Positions 58,433 through 64,000 of a stretch of 64,000 nt of DNA are shown here, one piece after another. This DNA is from Myxococcota bacterium (GTDB lineage: Bacteria; Myxococcota_A; UBA796; SXON01): NCBI GenBank assembly GCA_040386535.1, contig JAZKFH010000025.1:32001-96000 (forward strand). The letters run 5' to 3'. Below the pieces are notes generated by a model. It was not told the DNA's origin. It worked only from the letters and a program-made list of their open reading frames with translations, and searched no databases. The first letter of the stretch is position 1. Each line of letters starts with the position of its first letter. A program made the translations under genes and the position numbers.

Positions 58433-60907
58433 TCACTCTCCGAGGAGCACGTAGACCGCGCCGCCGCCGACCGCCGCGCCGTCCGAGCCCGTGGCGCCGA
58501 GGAGGAGATCCTCGCGGCCGTCGCCGTCGGCGTCCCCGCCCGCCGCGAGGCCCGCGCCGAGGTAGTCGCCGGCGTTGGTGCCCAGGAACAGGGCGGAGGC
58601 GTTGGCCGTGGTCCACGCGCCGGTCGTGCCGGAGCCAGGCTCGAAGCGGTAGACCGCGCCCGCGTCGGTACCCGCGGTGTCGTCGCCGTACGCGCCGACG
58701 TAGATCTCGTCGGCGCCGTCACCGTCGAGGTCGGAGGCGTAGCCGCCGCTGATGCCGAAGGAGCCGGCCGTGCCGCTGATGATCACGTCCGCCGTCGAGA
58801 CGCTGGCGCTGCCGCTCAACGAGCCGGCGTCCCAGAACAGCCACACGTTGCCCGTGGTGTCGTTGTTCAGCGCGAGATCGAGGGTGCCGTCACCGTCGTG
58901 GTCGCCGGGGGCCGCGAGCGGATCACTTCCCAGGTATTGGGAGCTGCTGCTGCCGAGCAGGCGCGTGTCCATCGCGTCGTCCGCGCGGTCGTCCCAGGCG
59001 AGCGACGTGTTGCCGTTGAACACGTAGATGCCGCCCGCGTTGCTGGCGCCGTCGTCCAGGCCGTACGCGCCCGCCATGATGTCGCCGTAGCCGTCGTCGT
59101 CGAGGTCGGCGACGAGGAGCGAGTAGCCGAGGTAGTCGCTGGCGCCGCTCCCGCCGATCTGATCGTCGGCGTCGTACAGATCGTAGCTGCCAGTGAACGC
59201 GCCGCTGCTGAAGATGCCGACGTTCCCCGCCGACGTGTCGTAGGTGTCGTAGTAATAGCCGTCGTCGACGAGGTAGTTGTCGGTCGGGCAGCCGGTCACG
59301 ATCTCCGGGGTGCCGTCGCCGTCGAGATCCCCGGACACGGTCCACGCCAACATGTCGTCGCCCGAGTCGCCCTCGAACCGCGCCGTGTACGTGGAGCCGG
59401 TGGAGATGGAGCCGGACAGCGTGCTGCCGCCCGCGAGCAGCCAGCCGCGGCCCTCGTAGTAGTACGAGCTCGATCCGGTCACGAGCAGATCGGCCGTGCC
59501 GTCCCCCGTGAGGTCCTCGAGCGGCCCGGCCACGTTGCCGAGGATGTAGTACCCCGAGGAGCTGGTGACCTCGGCGGTGTCGTAGTCGCGCACGCTGCCG
59601 CCCGCGGTCGCACCCGTGGCGCCGCTCACGACCCAGGCGTAGCCGTAGCTGCTCGAGTCGCTCGCCACGACGAGATCGTCGCCGCCGTCGCCGTCCAGGT
59701 CGCCACCGAGCGAGAGGTTGCCGGCGCCGCCGAGACCGAGCGAGGAGATCGGGCCGTACAACAGGCCGCTGGCGATGTCGCCGATGCCGACGTCGTCGAT
59801 CACGCCGTCGCAGTCGTTGTCGGCGCCGTCGAGGGTCTCGGTGACGGGGCCCGTGACCGTAGCGTCGGTGTCGTTGCAGTCATCGACGTAGTCCGCCCCG
59901 TCGGCGTCCTGGTCGTAGTCGCTGTTGCCCGCGCAGTCGGAGTCGATGCCGTCGTACCAGGCGTCCCGCGCGCCCGGGTAGCTGGTGGGATCCTCGTCCG
60001 CGCAGTCGTCGGGGACCGGCGAGCCGTCGGCGTCCTGATCGTTGTCGTCGTTGCCCGCGCAGTCGGAGTCGATGCCGTCGTACCAGTCGTCCGTGGCGTT
60101 CGGGTTGATCGCCGCGTCCAGGTCGTCACAGTCGACCCCGTAGCGGAAGCCGTCCTGGTCCTGGTCGAAGTCGTCGTCTCCCGCGCAGTCCTGGTCCAGA
60201 CCGTCGTACCAGGTCTCCTCGGCCCCGGGGAACGAGGTGGCGTCGTCATCGTCGCAGTCGTCGTCGAAGGACGATCCGTCGGCGTCGCGATCGTAGTCGT
60301 CGCCGCCCGCGCAGTCCTGGTCCACGCCGTCGTACCAGACCTCGGTCGCGCCCGGGTAGGCGGAGGCATCGGCGTCATCACAGTCGAGCCCGCCGGAGTC
60401 CAGGCTCCCCACACCGTCCGCGTCGGCGTCGATCTGGGCCGTGCCGGTGAGCGGCACGACGATCCGCGCGTCGCCGCTGGCGTCGGTGACGACGAGGTCG
60501 GCGGTGAAGGCGCCGAAGTCGCCCGGGGTGAAGGTGAGGGCGAGGTCGGCGGTGGCGCCGGGCCCGGGGGAGGTGGCGGGCGCGACGAGGGTGAAGGAGG
60601 CGTCGCCCTCGATGACGGCGGCGAGCTGGATCTCGCCATCGCCGACGTTCTCGACTGTGACGACGCCGGCCCCGGTTCCGCCGACGAAGACCACGCCGAA
60701 GTCGAACGACGCGGGGCTGACGGAGAGGGCGCCGTCGACCACCGTGTCGATGTCGCCGCCCGTGTCGTCGCCGCTGCCCTTGTCGTCGAAGACGATGGTG
60801 ACGGGCGTGCAGGCGATGGCGAGGAAGAGCGGCAGCGCCGCGCCCGTGATCGTGCGGATCGAGCGTGTGTGGGTCATCGAGCCGGGGAGCGAGGGGGCGT
60901 GACGCAT
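58433..60907 (-). CDS. Lipoprotein with Ig-like (ASH/choice-of-anchor D) domain, DCDD repeats and FG-GAP propeller
   Basis: LAIAC; P.SFDFG.V, V.N.G, F.P...G; repeated WYDG.D.DCAG..D.D.D.DG; GDLDGDG. Confidence 0.88.
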   Translation of the reverse strand: MRHAPSLPGSMTHTRSIRTITGAALPLFLAIACTPVTIVFDDKGSGDDTGGDIDTVVDGALSVSPASFDFGVVFVGGTGAGVVTVENVGDGEIQLAAVIEGDASFTLVAPATSPGPGATADLALTFTPGDFGAFTADLVVTDASGDARIVVPLTGTAQIDADADGVGSLDSGGLDCDDADASAYPGATEVWYDGVDQDCAGGDDYDRDADGSSFDDDCDDDDATSFPGAEETWYDGLDQDCAGDDDFDQDQDGFRYGVDCDDLDAAINPNATDDWYDGIDSDCAGNDDNDQDADGSPVPDDCADEDPTSYPGARDAWYDGIDSDCAGNSDYDQDADGADYVDDCNDTDATVTGPVTETLDGADNDCDGVIDDVGIGDIASGLLYGPISSLGLGGAGNLSLGGDLDGDGGDDLVVASDSSSYGYAWVVSGATGATAGGSVRDYDTAEVTSSSGYYILGNVAGPLEDLTGDGTADLLVTGSSSYYYEGRGWLLAGGSTLSGSISTGSTYTARFEGDSGDDMLAWTVSGDLDGDGTPEIVTGCPTDNYLVDDGYYYDTYDTSAGNVGIFSSGAFTGSYDLYDADDQIGGSGASDYLGYSLLVADLDDDGYGDIMAGAYGLDDGASNAGGIYVFNGNTSLAWDDRADDAMDTRLLGSSSSQYLGSDPLAAPGDHDGDGTLDLALNNDTTGNVWLFWDAGSLSGSASVSTADVIISGTAGSFGISGGYASDLDGDGADEIYVGAYGDDTAGTDAGAVYRFEPGSGTTGAWTTANASALFLGTNAGDYLGAGLAAGGDADGDGREDLLLGATGSDGAAVGGGAVYVLLGE

Positions 60908-60977
60908 GGAATCCTCCGTCCGTCGCGATGCCGCCATCTCACCGATTGGATCGCGGTTCGGGCGTGCGCGGTCGAGA

Positions 60978-63305
60978 TCAGAGCGCGCCCGTGGCCCTCC
61001 GGTGCGCGAGGGTGACCCGGATCGCGTCGAAAGGGACGGATCCCCCGAAGTGATCGAAGATCGGCTTCATGCGGCCGTCCCCGAGCGCGTCGGCGACCGC
61101 GGTGATGCTGGCGTAGTCGGCGTCGTCCACCCACGGGGACACGCTCTCGGGCGCCTCCTCCTCGATCCACTCGGTCAGGTATTGGAGCGTGGTCGACCGG
61201 GCGCGGCCCACGGTGCTCGCCACATCCTCGAGCTTCACCCCGGCGGCGAACAGGGCGAACGCCTGCTTGCGGCCCTCGGTCGGGGTGCGCTCGGGGGCGG
61301 CGTCCACGACGGGACGGGCGGCCTGGCGGGCCGCGGGGCGGGAGCCGCTGCCGGCGCCGAGCGGGACGGCGTTGGCGGCGCACCACTCGGCGATGGTGCC
61401 GAGGAAGCGGTCGCCGAACTTCTCGAGCTTGGCGCCGCCGACTCCCTTGATCGTCGCGAACGAGGCGTGGGAGCCCGGGCGTTGGCGGGCCATCTCGAGC
61501 AGCGGGGCGTCGCCGAAGACGACGTAGGGCGGCACGTTGAGCTCGGTCGCGATGCCGCGGCGGAGCTGGCGCAGGGCCTCGAAGAGGCGGTGCTCGTCGG
61601 GGGACAGGTCGGACGCGGCGCTGCCGTCTGCCTTGCGACGCTTGCGGTCGGACTGCGCGAGCACCTCGGGGGCCCTCGCCCGCAGGAGGTGCACCGGGAC
61701 CTCGCCCTTGAGGATGGGGCCGGAGGGCGCTTCGAGGCGCAACACGGGGAACTCGCCAGCGTCGCGGGAGAGCGCGCCCAGGTCGACCAGCTGGTCGACG
61801 AAGCTCACGATCGTGTCCTTGCCGACCTCGCGGAGGAGGCCGTAGGTGGAGAGCTTGTCGTGGCCGCGCTGGAGGATCTTGGCCTGCGCCGAGCCGCGGA
61901 GCACGTCAGAGAGGTAGGCCGCGCCGTACGCGTCGTTCCGGTCGCCGCGGAGGCGGGCGACGCAGGAGAGGACCTTGCGGGCGATGGTGGTGGAGTCCTC
62001 GACGTCCTCGAGCTCCTGGTTGCACACGTCGCACGCGTTGCAGCCCTGCCCGCCCGTCGAGAGGGAGCCGGCATCGGGAGGCGTGTACGCTTGCCCGAAG
62101 TACTCGGACAGCGCGCGGTGCCGACAACGTGTGCCCGAGGCGACCCGCTGCATCTGGTGGAGCAGGTCCTTCTGGGCCTGGAGGACCGCGGCCGGCACGT
62201 CGACCTCGCTCTCGGCCGAGGAGCGGTCCATCAGCTGGCCCCACCGCACCGCGTCGGAGGACGCGTAGAGCAGCACACACTCCGAGGGGAGGCCGTCGCG
62301 GCCGGCGCGCCCGGTCTCCTGCTGGTAGGCCTCGACCGACTTCGGCATCGACGCGTGCACGACCGCGCGCACGTCGCCGCGATCGATGCCCATGCCGAAC
62401 GCCACCGTGGCGACGACGACCGGGAGCCGCTCGGCGAGGAAATCGTCCTGCACCCGCGCACGTCGGTTCTGGTCGAGCCCGGCGTGGTACGCCGCCGCCT
62501 GGAACCCGCGCCGGGTCAGCGCCTCGGTCACGCTCTCCGTCTGCTTGCGGCTGATGCAGTAGACGATCGCGGCCTCGCCCGGGTGGCGCTTGAGGATGGC
62601 CTCGATCTGCTCCTCGCCCTGGCCCACGCGCGGCAGGACCCGGTAGGTGAGGTTGGGGCGGTCGAATACGCCCACGTGCACGGCGGGATCCACCATGCGG
62701 AGCTGGTGGACGATGTCCTCGCGCACGCGCGGCGTGGCGGTGGCCGTGTAGGCGTGCATCGGGACGCCGGGCAGGACGTCGCGCACCTCGGCGATACGAC
62801 GGTATTCGGGCCGGAAGTCGTGCCCCCACTGGCTGATGCAGTGCGCCTCGTCGATCGCGACGGCGGCCACCGCGCGCTCGGGCAGGTGGCGACCGAGGCC
62901 GGCGAGCCAGGGAAGGAAGCCCTCGGCGAGGAGGCGCTCGGGGGAGACGAAGAGCAGCTTGATGCGGCCCTGTTCGACGCCGCGGCGGGCCTCGGCGGCC
63001 TCCTCGGAGGAGACGGCGCCGTGCAGCGCCGCCGCGGGGTAGCCGGCGAGGCGCAGGCCATCGACCTGGTCCTTCATCAACGCGATGAGCGGAGACACCA
63101 CCACGCAGAGCGCGGCCTCACCCTGAGCGCGCAAGAGCGGCGGGAGCTGGTAGCAGAGGGACTTGCCGCCGCCGGTCGGCAGCACCACCAGCGAGTCGCG
63201 ATGCGCGAGCGCGGCGGAGACGGCCTCGTGCTGGAGCGGGCGGAGGGTGTCGAAGCCCCAGTAGCGCGTGAGGGTGGCGGCGAGTTGGGCTTCGGGGGGC
63301 GACAT
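60978..63305 (-). CDS. recQ: ATP-dependent DNA helicase RecQ
   Basis: PTGGGKSLCYQLP, DEAHCISQWGHDFRPEY, QETGRAGRDG, Zn-Cys cluster, RQC, HRDC (VPPYVVF.D). Confidence 0.97.
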   Translation of the reverse strand: MSPPEAQLAATLTRYWGFDTLRPLQHEAVSAALAHRDSLVVLPTGGGKSLCYQLPPLLRAQGEAALCVVVSPLIALMKDQVDGLRLAGYPAAALHGAVSSEEAAEARRGVEQGRIKLLFVSPERLLAEGFLPWLAGLGRHLPERAVAAVAIDEAHCISQWGHDFRPEYRRIAEVRDVLPGVPMHAYTATATPRVREDIVHQLRMVDPAVHVGVFDRPNLTYRVLPRVGQGEEQIEAILKRHPGEAAIVYCISRKQTESVTEALTRRGFQAAAYHAGLDQNRRARVQDDFLAERLPVVVATVAFGMGIDRGDVRAVVHASMPKSVEAYQQETGRAGRDGLPSECVLLYASSDAVRWGQLMDRSSAESEVDVPAAVLQAQKDLLHQMQRVASGTRCRHRALSEYFGQAYTPPDAGSLSTGGQGCNACDVCNQELEDVEDSTTIARKVLSCVARLRGDRNDAYGAAYLSDVLRGSAQAKILQRGHDKLSTYGLLREVGKDTIVSFVDQLVDLGALSRDAGEFPVLRLEAPSGPILKGEVPVHLLRARAPEVLAQSDRKRRKADGSAASDLSPDEHRLFEALRQLRRGIATELNVPPYVVFGDAPLLEMARQRPGSHASFATIKGVGGAKLEKFGDRFLGTIAEWCAANAVPLGAGSGSRPAARQAARPVVDAAPERTPTEGRKQAFALFAAGVKLEDVASTVGRARSTTLQYLTEWIEEEAPESVSPWVDDADYASITAVADALGDGRMKPIFDHFGGSVPFDAIRVTLAHRRATGAL

Positions 63306-63329
63306 CGGGGGCGACTAACCCGCCGGGAC

Positions 63330-63425
63330 GCGGGGTAGCCCGCCAGAACCGCGGCTCGGGGCCCCCCTCGGTCCCCCCCAGGGGGGCCCCACCGAGGGAC
63401 CCGGGCCGCAGGCGGGCTACCCCGC
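63330..63425. repeat. Long imperfect intergenic hairpin (REP/MITE-like or terminator)
   Basis: 15-bp arms GCGGGGTAGCCCGCC / GGCGGGCTACCCCGC with nested 10-bp and 8-bp stems. Confidence 0.7.
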
Positions 63426-63489
63426 TGCGCCGTCGTGTCCAGCGCCCAGGAGTCGCCCCCCACAACGGGAGGGGAGGGCGAGGGGAGGC

Positions 63490-64000
63490 TTACGCGCGGC
63501 GGCGGCGGGACCCGAAGGCGATTGCCGCGGCTGCCAGGGACCAGGGGTAAGGAAGAGCCGTCCCGCCGGAAGAGCACCCCTTGGCGGGTGCGTCCACGTC
63601 CTTCCCAACCTCGTCCTCGTCGTCCGGATCCGGCCCCGCGGCCGTGTCGCCGGTCGAGGTGTCGCAGAGGTCGGGGGGATCGAGCTCGCCGTCGCAGTCG
63701 TCGTCCAGGCCGTTGCAGCGTTCGGGGGCGCCGGGGTAGCGGTCGGGGTCGGTGTCGTCGCAGTCGCGGCCGTCCACCTGCTCCTCGGTGAAGCCGTCTC
63801 CGTCGTCGTCGTAGAGGGGGGTGCCCTCGTCGATCGTGCCGTCGCAGTCGTCGTCGACGCCGTTCGGGAGCTCGGGGGCGCCCGGGTACACGTCGCGATT
63901 GCGGTCGTCACAATCCTCGGGCTCCTCGTAGCGGTCCCCGTCGTCGTCGCCGGGGGGAAACGCGGCGGCGGGGGCCGTGAAGGCGAGGAGGAGCAGGAGG
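63490..64000 (-). CDS. Small secreted protein with DCDD metal-binding repeats and MYXO-CTERM-like tail (start just outside window)
   Basis: LLLLLAF.APAAA; YPGAPE..NG.DDDCDG twice; GCS...SRRRRA. Confidence 0.8.
   Translation of the reverse strand, partial: LLLLLAFTAPAAAFPPGDDDGDRYEEPEDCDDRNRDVYPGAPELPNGVDDDCDGTIDEGTPLYDDDGDGFTEEQVDGRDCDDTDPDRYPGAPERCNGLDDDCDGELDPPDLCDTSTGDTAAGPDPDDEDEVGKDVDAPAKGCSSGGTALPYPWSLAAAAIAFGSRRRRA

Overview
Very GC-rich bacterial chromosomal window (roughly 70-75% GC by eye). It is most consistent with Myxococcota or a related deltaproteobacterial lineage, judged from the MYXO-CTERM-like tails, repeated DCDD...PGA.E.C.G.D.DC motifs, DUF1552/DUF1592 pair, TIGR02147-like protein and FHA/sigma54 regulator. 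I can support about 50 CDS, dominated by lipoproteins and surface proteins, hydrolases and a few housekeeping enzymes (fadH, recQ, SDR, Zn-ADH). There is an accessory stretch at about 31.3-37.5 kb (EEP nuclease, structured non-coding element, HEAT/TPR proteins, vapBC). I saw no rRNA, tRNA, CRISPR array or transposase. Most interesting observations: (1) a three-gene module of a sigma54-promoter-led secreted protein, a TIGR02147-like HTH protein and a sigma54-type ATPase with one AAA+ domain nested in another plus FHA and no obvious HTH; (2) eight ultrashort (7-10 aa) lipoprotein signal peptides with no Lys/Arg; (3) pervasive leaderless-type -10 boxes; (4) a ~630-bp hairpin-rich non-coding element bounded by 13-bp direct repeats with a 3x63-bp palindrome array; (5) a DUF4157-LysM-CHAP-like effector with a coupled partner gene; (6) a single-domain pacifastin-type lipoprotein. 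All family assignments are from motif recognition by eye; no searches were run.
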